From Octopus vulgaris (Eukaryota): a DNA stretch of 64,000 bases. The first letter of the stretch is position 1, and the number at the start of each line of letters is the position of its first letter. The position numbers and the translations under genes were made by a program. The stretch is taken from NCBI GenBank assembly GCA_951406725.2, contig OX597836.1:31558001-31622000 (forward strand). Reading direction: 5' to 3'. The notes beneath the pieces are model-generated. The model made no database searches, had not been told where the DNA came from, and was given only the letters and a program-made list of their open reading frames with translations. Positions 40,214-54,940 of the stretch are shown in pieces.

Positions 40214-43209
40214 GTGTGTGCATATGTTTGTGTCTGTGTTTGTCCCCCCAACATCGCTTGACAACCGATGCTGGTGTATTTACATCCCCGTAACTTAGCG
40301 ATTCGGCAAAAAAAGACCGATAGAATAAGAACTAGGCTTATAAAGAATAAGTACTCGAGTAAAGGCGGTGCTCCAGCATGGCCACAGTCAAATGACTGAA
40401 ACAAGGAAAGAGTATTATCATCATTATCATCATCATCATCATTATTTTTTTGTTTTGTTTCAGGTAGTTATTTTAATCAGCTTGAGATCTTGTATTAGAA
40501 TGATGATAAAAGATGTCCATTTAGATATCTTCTATAAGGTGCTAAACTAAGAGAAAAGAAAAAGATGAACTTCATAATTCTTCTATAGCAAATGAAAGTT
40601 GCAATGTATCATTAAAACATGATTGCAAAGCAGATAACTTAGTTAGAAAGCAAACTGCTTTGGCGCTGCTCTACAAATCACCCCTACCCAGATAAGACTG
40701 GTTGATATTTAAATGATAAAGTGTTTTATTATTCAAGGAATGACACCACCTGAACAGCAACACCATACAAGTGACGTAGTTTGTTTCCAATCTTCTGTGA
40801 AAAATCGTGCCTGGCAATTGGGAAATGTTACCCAACTTGGAAACAAGTGTGGGTTCGCAGGGTACGCAACAAGGAGGACATCTGACCATAAAGCAGTCTG
40901 CCTCAAAAATATTCTGTCTGGCCCATGTAAGTATGGAAAAGCAGGTGTTAATTGATGATAAACATATGGTGTGAAACCTGGACACTTTTTGGAAATATAT
41001 AAAATGGTTGCAATACTTCCATTAGACAAAGCTGGAAAGAAGAAGAAGGAGGAGGAGGAGGGGGAGGAAGAGGAGGCGGAGAAGAAGAATAGGGGGATGT
41101 GGCTGCATAAGCAATGAGTACATTGGAGATAAAGTACTTACTTTGACATATTTTTGCATTGACTTGTATCAATTTTTTCACAGAATGGCCGATTCATCCA
41201 AGAGGATGCACGTTTTCCTTCCCAAAGTTTTGACGGCAAAAATGTTCTGAGCCTGACAGAATCAGATTTTGAGAGATTTGTCAAAAATTCAGTACCAGTC
41301 AAAATTTCGACATCTCTTATTCGAGAACGATATTCTTCAATATATTTCCTGGGCCTCTAAAACAGAAATATTTTGGGGGCAAAAAGAGAAATATTTAAAG
41401 GTTTTAATACATAATAAATGAATAAAGGATTTTTAAAATGCTGTATTAATGACCAAAAGAGCACAATCACAAATATCACTGGCCAAAATGGGGTTTCTCC
41501 AAAGAATCACTGGAGTAACGCTCCTCAACAGAGTATGAAGCTTGGAAATCAAGGAATCTCTCTATGCTGAGCCATCACTTCTTCGCATAAAGAGATCACA
41601 GCTCTTGTACATCCACATGTGATTAAAATGTTACAAGAAAGAATTACAGAATGGAATCTTGAAGCTGAGCCAGTTGGCAAGAGACCCAGGAGGCGAGCTG
41701 GCAGAAACATTAGCACGCCGGGTGAAATGCTTAGTGATGTTTTGTCTGTCTTTATGTTCTGAGTTCAAATTCTGCCAAGGTCGACTTTGCTTTTCATCCT
41801 TTCAGGGTTGATAAATTAAGTACCAGTTATGCACTGGGGTCGATGTAATCGATTTAAACTCTTTGTCTGTCCTTGTTTGTCCCCTCTGTATTTAGCCCCT
41901 TGTGGGCAATAAAGAAATAAGAGACCCAGGAGTAAACCAAAAATGAAACAGTTGGATAATATCAATAGCTTCAGTTGGTCATACTTAGAAGCAACTGTGT
42001 AGAGGCTTTTTCAATCATCATCATCATCCAGTGTTTTAAATCTGGGCTTTGTCCCTGTCAACGGGGGTGGCCAGATCTACCTCAATGCCAAAGCAACCGA
42101 GGTAGGCAGGTGCAGCCCACCCCAACCTTTCAGCTGGTTGGTGCCAATTCTTCTTTGCTATCATAAGGCTTTTTTGGAGCTGGATTTTCTATGGGGAGCA
42201 AGCCCTTACTTACCCCCAACCTTAGTTTCTAGACAGGAGTGGTCCCGAGACCAAAGCCTCTACCATGATTTTTAAGAAATATGGTGGAAAACTAGCTCAA
42301 GAAGGCAGGGATGCTACTCCCTAAGCCCCCTTTCGGAGCCCCTTACCTAATATTTAATACAATATTTAGTACAGTACTATGAGTTATTGATGGTGCCTGT
42401 ATGTGATTGCTCAAACTTCAAGTAAAAGCAGTTAAATCTCTTTCATATTACATACCACATCTTCAAAAGGAAAATAAGGTTTGTTAAGTCAAGGTTGATT
42501 TGGGGATAAACAATAATAACTTTATGGTATCACAGTGCAGTAATTGTTGTAAGCTGTTTTTACTTTGTTCATTGTTAGCCCTGTTTGAGCAAACATAGAA
42601 TCAAAGTTGTTCCATTCTTGACCATCTTGTCCTTTTTCAGGTATTGTCTTTGTATGACTCCATAGTATAATGTGTGCAAGCTTATTTTTTAAGACAGTTG
42701 GGTACAATATGAAGGACATTCAGTTGGTATTTCTTGCAGATCAAGAAACTGTATAGAGGCATTCTTAGTGGTTGCTAAAATATAGAAATTTTTTTATCTC
42801 TTAGTCAGGAGGGAAAGGTATACCCATGACCCTTTGCAGTGCCTGTGAGGCTAGTGAGCAGGAGAGAAGGAGGAAGGGATCTCCAAACCAGAGAGGAAGA
42901 GCCTAAATGCTTGCTTATAACAGAGCGGACTCCACTAAAGGTGCCCAAAGAGCCAGTTGGTGGTGTTAAACTGGGCAATGGATTAATTATATTATCCCCA
43001 AATCCAGTGATTATTGCAAATATTTCATAAATTAAATTCTCATGCAAATAACGAGGTGCAGGCATGGTTATGTGGTAAGAAGTTTGCTTCCCAACCACAT
43101 GATTCCAGGTTCGGTCCCACTGTGTGACACCTTGGGCAAGTATTTTCTACTATAGGATTGGGTTGACCAGAGCCTTGTGAGTGGATTTGGTAGAAATGAG
43201 CGCATTGTA

Positions 43210-43253
<44 letters not shown>

Positions 43254-45009
43254 CGCGTTCGTGTGTCTGTCATTGTTCCCCATCACTGCTTGACAACCGG
43301 TGTTGGTGTGTTTATGTCTCTGTAACTTAGCAGTTCAACCAATGAGTCTGATAGAATAAGTACCAGGTTTTAAAAATAATAAAGTCTACTAGGGTTGACT
43401 CATCTAACTAAAGATTTTTCAAGGCAGTGCCCCAGCATGGCCACAGTCTAATGACTAAAATAAGAAAAAGAATAAAAGATAATGGCAGTGATGGGATAAG
43501 ATAATAGTGAGAGATACATATTGTTTTTAACAATTCCAGAATCGAATAAATATGATAGCCTTCAGCACCTACCTTACAATTGGCAGTTTCTTGGGTGTGA
43601 GGAAGAATGACTGACATTATTTCAGTATGGTTTCGGCAGTCTTGGAAGTCGCCATCTGATTGGCATTTGCCCAAAATAAGATAAAAATGGCTTGGAACAG
43701 AAAAAGTAGTTCTGTTTTCTTCCGATCTGAAATTAGAAAATACATATATATTTTATGTTTTTAAATTTTTCTTGAGCCCTATTACTCAAAACTGTTACCT
43801 GGTTTCCATGGCATGTATGCGACTGAGATAATATCATTCCCCTTGAACAGGATGCCATTCTGTTGTAGTGTTCAAAGCCAGCAATTTTTGAGTGGGGGGA
43901 ATAAGTTAACCCTTTTGATTTTGACCCGGCTGAAACCAGCTCTGGCTCTGAGTACAAATGTCTTGTTTTCATAAATTCTGAATTAGAATCTTCCATCAAA
44001 CCTTAGTCACAATTTATGTTCCTAACACTAGCTTAATGATAACTGAGTTATTTTACTAAATCCTTTGTTATATTTAAAATTATTTGAAACACAGAGCATC
44101 TCAAAATAAATACAGTAACGAAAGGGTTAATTACATCGACCCCAGTACTTGACTGGCATTTTATTTTATCGACCCTGAAGGGATGAAAGGCAAAATTGAT
44201 CTTGGTGGGATTTGAACTAAGAACATAAAGACCCAGAAGAAATACTGCATAGCATTTTGTCTGAGGTGTTAATCCCAACCCTAACCCTAACCCTAATCTC
44301 CAACATAAAAATAACAAAGATTTCTTCCAGAAAAAGTTGACTGAGATAAAGTCTAGAAATTTACGACCTGTAGGGACACTGTATTTTGTTATGCAACCAC
44401 AATATGCTACAAAGTATATTAAACGTTTTTATAAGTCAATAGCATGTTCTACTGTGTTAGCAGTGCTATTAAATCATGTATTATGGTCATCTCTTCAGAT
44501 TTTCTTCTATAATGATAGCCAACACCTGATTTTATTAACTTTTGTAACCAAGATCTCATTATTGTTTACATCAGGCATCGTGGATATGAAATGTAATAAA
44601 ATCAGTACTGGCTATAATTTTTACAGAAAATCTGTAGAGGTGATCTGAATAATAAAGTATAAAAACTGTCAATTTTCTATTCTCTTTAATCTCTTTTACT
44701 CTTTTACTTGTTTCAGTCATTTGACTGTGGCTATGCTGGAGCACTACCTTTAGTCGAGCAAATCGACCCCAGGTTCCAATCTGATCTGGCAGAGTTTCTA
44801 CAGCTGGATGCCATTCCTAATGGCAACCACTCTGAGAGTGTAGTGGGTGCTTTTACGTGCCACCAGCATGAGGGCCAGCCAGGTGGTACTGGCAATGGCC
44901 ATGCTCAAAGGGTGTTTTTTTTATGTACCACCTGCACAGGAGCCAGACCAGCAGCACTGGCAATGACCTCGCTTGAATATTTTTTCATGTGCCAATAAGG
45001 TTTGCTGGT

Positions 45010-45067
<58 letters not shown>

Positions 45068-48000
45068 CATATTTTATGTCGCCTTACTGGCACCTGTGCT
45101 GGTGGCATGTGTAAAAAGATTCGAGCGAGGTTGTTGCCAGTACCGCCTGACTGACCCCCCCGTGCCAGTGGCACATAAAAAGCACCCACTACACTCTCGG
45201 AGTGGTTGGCGTTAGGAAGGGCATCCAGCTGTAGAAACTCTGCCAAATCAAGATTGGAGCCTGGTGCTGCCATCTGGTTCGCCAGTCCTCAGTCAAATCG
45301 TCCAACCCATGCTAGCATGGAAAGCGGACGTTAAATGATGATGATGATTAAAGGAAAGTATACTGCATATGGCTAATGAAATAATAACACACTGCAGAGA
45401 AAAGCTGACTCCTTACATTTGTCTCGTGGTTGCAACAGTAGCATCATCAACATCTTCACCAACTGTTATATTCTCGAAAATCGGACCAGCTACAGCATTT
45501 ATTAATGAATATTTTCTCCTATACTCATTAATTAAATTGTGAATTTCTTTCCAAATTCCTTCGAAAGGAGGAAAAAAAAAAGTGAATGATTAAATAAAAA
45601 GCAACAAGATATTTAAAGCAGTCATTTCAATATCAAAAATAATTAAATTATAAAAGTTTTACATTGAATTAGTTATATGTAATAAGGGTGTTGGGGTATT
45701 AGGAAAACTTCTAATGGCCTGTGGCATTATTAAAGTTCCACATATATGACTGTACCACACTGAAGAGATCTAACGAGACTGAAACAAGCCTGGGGCTGTC
45801 ACTGTACCTGCCAAATATCTGATTTACTTATTTAAAAGTTTAGCATTTAAACGTGGATGCGCGTAGCTTAGTGGTTAGGGTGTCAGCATCATGATCGTAA
45901 GATTGTGGTTTCGATTCCTGGATTGGGCGATGCGTTGTTCTTGAGCAAAACACTTAATTTCATGTTGTTCCAGTCCACTCAGCTGGCAAAAATGAGTAAC
46001 ACTGCGATGGACTGGCGTCCCATCCAGCTGGGGAACACATATGCCATTGAAATCAGGAAACCGGGCCCATGAGCCTGGCTAGGCTTTAAAAGGGTGCATT
46101 TATTTATTTAGTGGAGGTGCGTGGCTTAGTGGTTAGGGTGTCAGCACCATGATTGTAAGATTGTGGCTTCGATTCCTGGATCGGGCGATGCGTTGTGTTC
46201 TTGAGCAAAACACTTAGAGCATTTTTCCAATCAGTTACATTCTGAGTTCAAATTCCACCAGTATTCAACAGGTATTTATTTTATTGTCTCCTAAAAGGAT
46301 GAAAGACAAAGTCAACCTCGGTAGAACTTGAACTTGGAATGTAAAACTGGAAAAAACAATTCTGAGCATTTTGTCCAGCAGAATAACAATTCTGTCAGCT
46401 TGTTACAACAATAGAAGCAATAACAGCAGCAGTAGCAGCAGCAGCAACAACAACAGCAGTGGAAGTGCAATGGCCCAGTGGTTAGGGCAGTGAACTCATG
46501 GTCGTAAGAATGAGGTTTCGATTCCCAGACTGGACATTGTGAGTGTTTATTGAGCAAAAACACCTAAGCTCCATGAGGTTCCAGCGGAGGTGGGTGGGTG
46601 GGTGAACCCCACTGTACTCTTTCACCACAACTTTCTGTCACCCTTTCTTCCTACTTCTGCCACAAAGCAGAGGAACCATGGTGTAACCCACTATGGTGTA
46701 GTAAACTTTCAGATCCTAGTCTAGATTGCGAATCCTCTGTACCCCAGGATGGTTCAGCTCTCCACCCGTTAAAAGCCGCTGTTTACAGAATGAGGATAAC
46801 AATGCGCCCGTGCAACCGTCAGTCTATTGCATGTGGTGGGTGGATCTTCAAGTTGCCACACACATTCTTAGTAGCTTAGAGTAGGCTCGAATTAGAGATT
46901 ATTCTTTGTGGCTAATGGCGTGAGTCCTGATTGGAAGAAGAAGAAGAAGAAGAAGAAGAACAACAACAACAACAGCACCAGGAACAACAGCTTCAAATTT
47001 TGGCATAAGGCTAGCAATTTTTAGAGGAAGAAAGTGTTAGTTGATTACAGTGACTGTAAAAGCATTGAAGATATTTCCTCACCATTTTTGAATCCTTCAA
47101 ACATAGGAACAGCAGTCTTCATATAATGTTCATCTACAAAACGACCAAAGGGATATTTAAGTCAATTACAGCATGGAAAACTCCTGATAAAACTCATTTA
47201 AAGACATACACATACTATTACATTAATTTTTAATTCTTTGTTAGTATAACAATCAACTCAACCATTTCATTTTTATTACTATAATCACATATCACTTGTC
47301 ATATGACATATGTACTTTAAAACATGCCTTCTTCACTCTAAATATACTGGGTGTCCCAGAAGTTGCACACCACCCTGGATTTTTAAAAGAATACACTCTT
47401 ACTGATTTCAAAAACACATTATTGAAATTAATTATGACAAATACTCGAATTGAGCACCCTCTACAATAAAATATGCTGAAAAAGTATATAATAAAATAAA
47501 ATGCTTTAATTATTTTTAATGAAAACCAGAACGGTGCACGACTTCTGGGACACCCTGTATATAATTTGTGGTGCAAGTGTAGCAAAGAACCCTTTACTCA
47601 TGTAATGTCATCTAGGAATGCTATCATGTGATAGGACCAAATTGTTGTTTCCACCAAAATGTAGACCAGCTTAGTAACAACCAAGGAAGCTCAACTTGCC
47701 AATCAGTAACTGTTCTTCTGGGCCTCTTCTGCAGTTAAAAAGCAGAGCATACAAGAGCTGGCTTTGGCTTGTGGCCTGGTAACATTCCGAATGTATATTA
47801 GCATTCTCTCCCTTTGAAGCAACACCCCCCCCCACCAGATACATATACATGTTATCATATAAGTGCAGGTGTGGTTGAATGGTAGGTAAGTTGCTTGCTT
47901 TACAAAGCAGCGAACTGGCAGAATTGTTAGCACACCGGGCAAAATGCTTAGCAGTATTTCGTCTACCGTTATGTTCTGAGTTCAAATTCTGCCAAGGTTG

Positions 48001-49355
48001 ACTTTGCCTTTCATGCTTTCAGGGTCGATAAATTAAGTACCAGTTATACACTGGGGTCGATGTAATCGAATTAATCCTTTTGTCTGTTCTTGTTTATCCC
48101 CTCTATGTTTAGCCCCTTGTGGGCAATAAAGAAATAAGAAGCTTGCTTCCAAACCACATGGTTCTGGGTTCAGCCCCACTGCATAGCACACTGGGCAAGT
48201 ATCTTCTATTGTACCCCCATGCCCACCAAACCTTGCGAGTGGATTTGGTAGATGGAAATCGAAAGAAAGCCATTGCATATATCATCATCACCATTATCAT
48301 TATCCTCATAATGGGTTGGACTACTGGCATTTGAATAGAATGTCTCAGGAAAGAATTGTGAACTGGCAGTTGATCATGCTTGGAAATCCAACTAGAATGT
48401 CTAATGACTGTTGCTTCAAATAGAACCCTATGGAGAAGGTGCCTGAGGACTTTACTCCCATAACCCTCCCAGAAATAATGGGCAAAGAAGACGGGTGAAT
48501 TATTGATGGATTTTAGCAGGGTTTATTAATTCTCACTATATCCAGAATCTGGCTGAGTGTCAAGTGTGAAATTTCCAGTAAAGTGAGAATATGATCTGAG
48601 CAAGTTAATGACTATATGTGAGATCAGAAGATGAATGAGTATTGATGATGTTAGAAGTAGAAGTGGGAGTATTACATGTTAGCACAACTGTTAAGTGGAA
48701 GAATGTCCTGTATTCTTATTCTTATTGGAAAGTAGAGGAAGTGGTGAGATTTTAACTGAGGAAATAAGGTCTTACTGACAAGATGATGGAGAATGGCTGA
48801 GTGCATCTAACCTGCCACTCTCAGACACATCCAACCAGAAACAGATGTTATAATTGATGGTAATGATGATGACTGCGGTTGCAGTGAAAATGGTGATGGT
48901 AGGGATAATGATGACGAAGGCATCAAGTGATGATGAAAATGACGGTGGTAGTAGTGATAGTGATGGTGATGATGGTGATGATGATGATGATGATGATGAT
49001 GACGATGACGACAGCAGAGGTGTTAACAATGACAAGGAGGATTACAATGAAAATAATTTTCTGAAATTAAAAATAAAAATTAATCACTCACCATCAACGT
49101 AAGGCAGAAGGTATCCTGTAGAGATATTTGAAGTGTCGCTGTTATATTTGAAGCAATTAGTTGATGAGATGTCTGACTGGGAAACTGGATGAGGTGGCTT
49201 TGTTGTGCTTCTAACCTTTAAAATTTTAATTGTCAAGAAGAAATGAAAATAATATTATTAATAAATAATTATAATTAATGTATAATAATAATAATAATAA
49301 AAAAGAAAGAAAAATAACAATAATAATAATAATATTAACAATTAAAAAGAAAGAA

Positions 49356-49405
<50 letters not shown>

Positions 49406-50337
49406 ATTATACTGAAAGACTTCAGACAAAAATCATGCCTCCTCATTGATATCACTGTCCCAATCGATATAAATGTATCTGTCAAGACCAAAAACTGAGC
49501 AAGTATAAAGATCTTGAAATAGAACTTGGCAAAATATGGAACCTCAAAGCTAAAACAATACCTATTGTCATAGGTAACCTAGGACTGATAGCAAAAGGGG
49601 CTGACTGCTATCTAGCTCAGATACCAGGAAACTCCAAAATGGTAGAAATTCAAAGGGTAGTGCTCATGGGAACTGCCCATATCCTACGTAAAATACTGTC
49701 TATGTAATCTCAAATTTTAAATCAAACTCATTATTTTCTCATGCTTTCTTAAACATTCTCTAGAATACTTTGTGCAAAACCAAATATATGACACCCTAGG
49801 CATAACACCAACATGAACTTCTAACTTGTTGTCTCTTGAGGTCTCTGTGTGAGACTTGGAGTCAACTTGTATGAATACAAAGCAAAAGTCAAACAAAACA
49901 ATAATAATAATGATAATAATAATAATAATTCTTTCTATTATTGGCACAAAGTCTGAAATTTTTTTGGGAGGTGGGGGTGGCTAGTCAAGTACATTGGCCT
50001 CAGTACTCAATTGGTATTTATTTTATTGACACCCCCACAACTAAACTCTTCAAGGTGGTGCCCCAGACTGGCCACAATCTTTTGACTGAAACAAGAAAAA
50101 GATAAACAATACAAACATGACATTAGTTAACTTTGAGAAAACATATGTTGATATGAAATTACAGTTATAATTCTTTTATTATTATTTTTCTTGAAATATA
50201 AGATACAAAACCATTTTTCTTTGAAGTTCTTACATCACATATAAAACTACACAGACAAAATATCTTTCAATCAACATCAAAATATATATAAATGTGTGTG
50301 TGTGTGTGTGTGTGTATACTTACATACATACACACAC

Positions 50338-50368
<31 letters not shown>

Positions 50369-51002
50369 TATAAATATATATATATAAATAAATATATAAA
50401 TATATATATATATATAATATATATATATATATATACTCTTATATAAATATATATATATATACTCTTTTACTCTTTTACTTGTTTCAGTCATTTGACTGCG
50501 GCCATGCTGGAGCACCACCTTTAATCGAGCAACTCAACCCCGGAACTTATTCTTTTTTGTAAGCCCAGTACTTATTTTATTGGTCTCTTTTGCCAAACCG
50601 CTAAGTAACGGGGACATAAACACACCACCATCGGTTGTCAAGCAATGCTAGGGGGACAAACACAGACACACAAACACACACACGCATATATATATATATA
50701 CATATATACGATGGGCTTCTTTCAGTTTCCGTCTACCAAATCCACTGACAAGGCTTTGGTCAGCCCGAGGCTATAGTAGAAGACACTTGCCCAAGGTGCC
50801 ACGTAGTGGGGCTGAACCCGGAACCATGTGGTTGGTAAACAAGCTACTTACCACACAGCCACTCCTGTGCCTATATGTATAAATATATAAATAAATAAAT
50901 AGATATACATATATATATATATAAATAAATATAAATAAATAAATAAATATAAATAGATAAATAGATATACATATATATATATAAATAAATATAAATAAAT
51001 AA

Positions 51003-51033
<31 letters not shown>

Positions 51034-51036
51034 TAA

Positions 51037-51086
<50 letters not shown>

Positions 51087-51285
51087 AGAGCATAGTATAG
51101 TTTCTGAGAAAGATAGTTCCATTCTAAATATATTTTTAAAGAATTTCCGACTGTTCATTATTTTTTTAAATAAATAAATGAATAAATAAAAAAAAAGAAA
51201 CGAAAGAAATTCCAGAACTATGTCTGATAAAAGGATATTTAAATGATAAAAATGATTTAACACTATATTTTAGAATCTGAAATGT

Positions 51286-51331
<46 letters not shown>

Positions 51332-52861
51332 GCACACACACATACGCACACACACATGTGTGTACACATTTTGGCTCATGTGTTGTTACGTGATTATGAT
51401 GCTCTCTTCCTAACTACTTGATATCAGGTTCAATCTCACTGATTAGTACCTTGGGCAAGTGTCTACTATCACCTTGGGGTAACCAATGCCACATGAATCG
51501 ATTTGGTAGATGGAAACTGAAAGAAGTCTGTGTGTGTACTTATAAGTATGTATGTATGTGTGTGTGTCTGTGAGAGATAGAGAGATATAGAGAGGGTGTG
51601 TGTGTGTGAGAGAGAGAGAGATAGAGAGTGTGTGTGTACTTATAAGTATGTATGTGTGTGTGTGTGTGTCTGTGAGAGAGAGAGAGATAGAGAGTGTGTG
51701 TGTGTGTGTGAGAGAGCGAGAGTGTGTGTGAGTGTGTGTGTGTGTGTGCGTGTGTGTGCGCGTGTGTCCACCCTGACATCACAAGACAATTGTAAATGAG
51801 TGTCCCTGTCATACCAGAGGTGTAATTATGTTTCTAATCTTCTGTAAAATTATGTCTGGTCATGAAGAAATATTGGCTTCAAGTTATGACACAAGGCCAA
51901 CAACTTCCAGGGTGGGGTGTGGTCAAGTTGATTACATCGACCCCAGTGCTCAACTGGTACCTAATTTTTTGACCCTGAAAGGATGAAAGGCAAAGTCAAC
52001 CTCGACAGAATTTGAACTCAGAACGTAAAGACAGAGAAAATCCTGCTAAGCATTTTACCTGGCATGGTAATGGTTCTGCCATCTTGCCACCTTAGAGGTC
52101 ATGAAGAAATATTAGCTTGCGTGGCAGTGAGCTGGCAGAAACAGCACGCCGGATGAAATGCTTAGCGGTATTTCGCCTGTCTTTACGTTCTGAGTTCAAA
52201 TTCCACTGAGGTTGACTTTGCCTTTCATCCTTTCAGGGTCGATAAATTAAGTACCAGTTATGCTACTGGGGTCGATGTAATCGACTTAATCCCTTTGTCT
52301 GTCCTTGTTTGTCCCCTCTGTGTTTAGCCCCTTGTGGGCTATAAAGAAATATGAAATATTAGTTTGCAGGAGTGGCTGTGTGGTAAGTAGCTTGCTTACC
52401 AGCCACATGGTTCCAGGTTCAGTCCCACTGCATGGCACCTTGGGCAAGTGTCTTCTACAATAGCCTTGGGCCGACCAAAGCCTTGTGAGTGGATTTGGTA
52501 GACAGAAACTGAAAGAAGCCTGTCGTATATATGTATATATATGTATGTATGTGTAAATGTTTGTGCGTCTGTATTTGTTCCCCCAACATCGCTTGACAAC
52601 CAATGCTGGTGTGTTTACATCCCTGTAACTTAGCAGTTTGGTAAGAGAGACCGATAGGATAAGTACTAGGCTTACAAAGAATAAGTCCTGGGGTTGATTT
52701 GCTCGACTAAAGGTGGTGCTCCAGCATGGCCGCAGTCAAATGACTGAAACAAGTAAAAGTGTTAGAGATGGGTGAGAAAATTGGTGACAGCATGGGCATC
52801 TGGCCATAAGAAAGCTACTTCAACAAATTCCATCTGATGGACGGGAAGCATGATGATGGCA

Positions 52862-52893
<32 letters not shown>

Positions 52894-53674
52894 GAATCAT
52901 GTACAAATTTGGGTCAAACAGAAAAATCGGAATATTGGTGCCTTTGCATAAAAATGGCAAATCTGGCTATGGCTTACAAAAGAATAAAATGCAAAGAGAC
53001 AGATGAATTGACTGATCTGCTTTATGTTGTAGAAGCTCTATTTATGCATGTGTGCTTGTGTGTATGTGTGTGTGCACTTGTACTTGTGTGTGTGTGTGTA
53101 AAAGCATGTGTGTATAATGTGAGACAACGTTGCTTACCAAATTACAATCAGCATTATGGAATGGATCCACTGATAAGGATGACAGAGATTATTGAGGATT
53201 CTGCATGTTAGAATGGCTTCCTGTTATCTTTTGCAGTTCTATAGGAACAGACTTATTGGCAGCGAATTAACGGAGTTGTTAGAATGTTGGATAGAATGTC
53301 TTGCAATATTCACACCAACCCTCAGCACTCCGAGTTCAAATCCCACCAAAGTCAGCTTTGCTATTTGTCCTTTTGGGGTCAAGTACTATGTATGGGTCGA
53401 GTACTACAGTGTATCATGGCATGGCTGTGTGATTGAGAAGCTTGCTTTCCAACCACATGGTTCTGGGTTCAATCCCACTGTATGGATGGCATCTTAAATG
53501 AATGTCTTCTACTGTAGCCCTGGGCCAACCAAAGCCTTTTCAGTGGATGTGGCAGAAGGAAACTGGATGAAACCCATTGTGTGTGTGTGTGTGTGTGTGA
53601 GTGAGTGTGTGTGTGTGAGTGAGTGTGTGTGTGTATGAGTGAGTGTGTGTGTGTGTGAGTGAGTGAGTGTGTGT

Positions 53675-53705
<31 letters not shown>

Positions 53706-54093
53706 AGTGAGTGTGTGAGTGAGTGTGTGTGTGTGAGTGTGAGTGTGTGTGTGTGTGTAAGTGAGTGTGTGTGTATGAGTGTGTGTGTGTGCATATGTGT
53801 TTGCATGTGTATATGCTTCAGTGTGTGTGCGCACACGTGTGCGCGCGCGTGTGTGTTGGTGTATGGTGTCTCCTTGTTTTGACATTGCATGATTGTTCTG
53901 AGTTTTACCATCAAATAAATGGCATCTTTAGTTTCCAGTCTTCCACAAAAACATGTCAAGCCAAAGGAGAAATATTACCTTGCTTGGAAACAGGTGAGAG
54001 TTGGTGAGAGGAAGAGCAACAGGCTCCAGAAAATCTGCCTCAACAAATTCTGTGTGACCCATGCAAGCATGCAAAAGAGGACATTAAATTATA

Positions 54094-54132
<39 letters not shown>

Positions 54133-54508
54133 TATACAGACTTGAGTATATAAAGAAAAAGGGGGGAAAAAGAAACAATGTAAAACATACCTTTTTCATT
54201 GTAGAAGAGACCCACTTTGGCATTTGTAATTCAGAATCAAATGCAAAGACAAAAGATTTGGAAAATTGAAGGCAATTTTTTCCAGAATGTTCTTCTAAAT
54301 ATGGGAGACCAAACGGTAAATGCTCATTGAAAGTATCTGCATAAATCTGTGATTCACTTGAAAGTAACTGTGAAAGAAGGAAACTCAAAGTAATCAAACA
54401 TAAAAAGCAATTCAAATTGAGGTGTGTTTGCTTTGTAAAATGTTTTAGTATGATCTACTTGCCTAAGGATATGTCATGCTGATGATTTCAAATAGGGGCG
54501 AAATGGTG

Positions 54509-54576
<68 letters not shown>

Positions 54577-54878
54577 ATTCACTGTTACCGACCAGGCTAT
54601 CAGATGTTGCTACACATCGCTGGTCACAATGCACTTCGCATTGCTTTAGCCTTCAAATGATGCCACCCTGCTGGCTAAGTGAGCAGGCCAACAGAAAAAA
54701 GAGTGAGAGAAAGTTGTGATGAAAGAGTACAGCAGGGATCGCCACTACCCCTGCTGGAGCCTCATGGAGCTTTAGGTGTTTTCGCTCAATAAACACTCAC
54801 ACCGCCCGGTCTGGAGATCGAAACCATGATCCTATAACTGCGAGTTCGCTGACCTAACCATTGGGCCGTTGCACCTCA

Positions 54879-54940
<62 letters not shown>

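Noticed and set aside
44270-44296. (CCCTAA)n telomere-like repeat
   Set aside because: Only about three units; too short to interpret
45755-45810. CTGAAGA...GAAAC...GTC hammerhead-like motif on the plus strand
   Set aside because: Stem I cannot form and stem II is poor; at most a decayed relic
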